A stretch of 48,968 bases of DNA from a virus. Below the pieces are notes generated by a model. That model was not told the origin of the DNA. It saw only the letters and a program-made list of their open reading frames with translations, and searched no databases. The translations under genes were made by a program, and so were the position numbers. The stretch lies in the IMG/VR virus record IMGVR_UViG_3300045941_000175; one strand, 5' to 3'. This document shows positions 48,615-48,968 of the stretch, piece after piece. The stretch's first letter is position 1. Every line of letters begins with the position of its first letter.

Positions 48615-48968
48615 GTCGGCGTCGGCGGCAGCAGCGGATTGGCAACCGGGTAGAACACCATTTCGCGCACAAAGCCCCTCGGATCGACGCGATAGACGTT
48701 ATCGCCGGTTGCGATGTAGAGCGCGTCCTCGCCTTCGAATTTTCCGAAAGCCATGGCGGTAACGACATTGCCGCGGGTAAAGGAGGCGAAGGTCACGCCT
48801 AAAACCGGCGCTTCCACCGAGACCGTCAAGAGGGCTTGGTGTGCGATCTCCTGGTCGCCGCTGTCAAAAACGACCGGGATCCGCATGAAATTCGGCACAA
48901 AGCTTGTATCGAGGATGGCGTCATCGGTGAGGGCGAACACCTTGAATTGCGCCGGCGTTGCATCTGAC
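48611..48968 (-). CDS. C-terminal part of the same junction-spanning hypothetical gene
   Basis: The ORF is open to the window end. 406 nt plus 245 nt gives 651 nt, which is 217 codons, so the frame is consistent across the overlap. No domain recognised. Confidence 0.6.
   Translation of the reverse strand, partial: SDATPAQFKVFALTDDAILDTSFVPNFMRIPVVFDSGDQEIAHQALLTVSVEAPVLGVTFASFTRGNVVTAMAFGKFEGEDALYIATGDNVYRVDPRGFVREMVFYPVANPLLPPTPT
48856..48968. repeat. Terminal overlap copy B (identical to 1..113)
   Basis: Exact 113-nt identity with the window start. Confidence 0.95.

Overview
The window is a complete, GC-rich tailed-phage genome of about 48.86 kb with podovirus-type gene order. Bases 1-113 are repeated exactly at 48856-48968, so the sequence closes on itself. 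Coding density is very high, and many neighbouring genes share ATGA or 1-4 nt start/stop overlaps. There are four blocks. (i) A leftward block of about 15 small coupled ORFs is headed by a terminase-small-subunit-like gene (4568 down through the window junction to 48121). (ii) A rightward early operon (5021-8527) has nine ORFs including a DUF932-like protein. Every independently translated cistron in it is preceded by the same two-hairpin cassette (six copies, with compensatory base changes). This is my top candidate for something undescribed. (iii) The accessory and regulatory middle starts with a moron island of two PEP-CTERM/VPLPA-CTERM-type secreted proteins plus a third secreted protein (8689-10507). 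An XRE-type HTH operon follows (10771-11556). Next is a leftward operon (14608-11674) with a Cro-like HTH, an MT-A70 adenine methyltransferase and a winged-helix protein whose gene carries an iteron-like array (candidate ori). A rightward operon follows with YqaJ-like exonuclease, ERF-type annealing protein, small ORFs and the large terminase (14814-20572). (iv) A roughly 27-kb leftward morphogenesis and lysis operon runs from 47339 to 20569 in T7-like order. It holds four tandem gp6.7-like small proteins, portal, Bbp19-like protein, scaffold, capsid, tubular A/B-like proteins and a gp14-like protein. These are followed by a 1184-aa SLT+amidase protein, a 2065-aa giant protein with an HExxH motif and a 1023-aa tail fibre with an RCC1-like C-terminus. 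The operon ends with holin-like, lipoprotein and DPBB-fold lysis candidates. I recognised no tRNA, rRNA, CRISPR array, integrase, DNA polymerase or RNA polymerase. All functional calls rest on motif and family recognition by eye from the translated ORFs. No database search was run, so family names are hypotheses to confirm with HMM searches.
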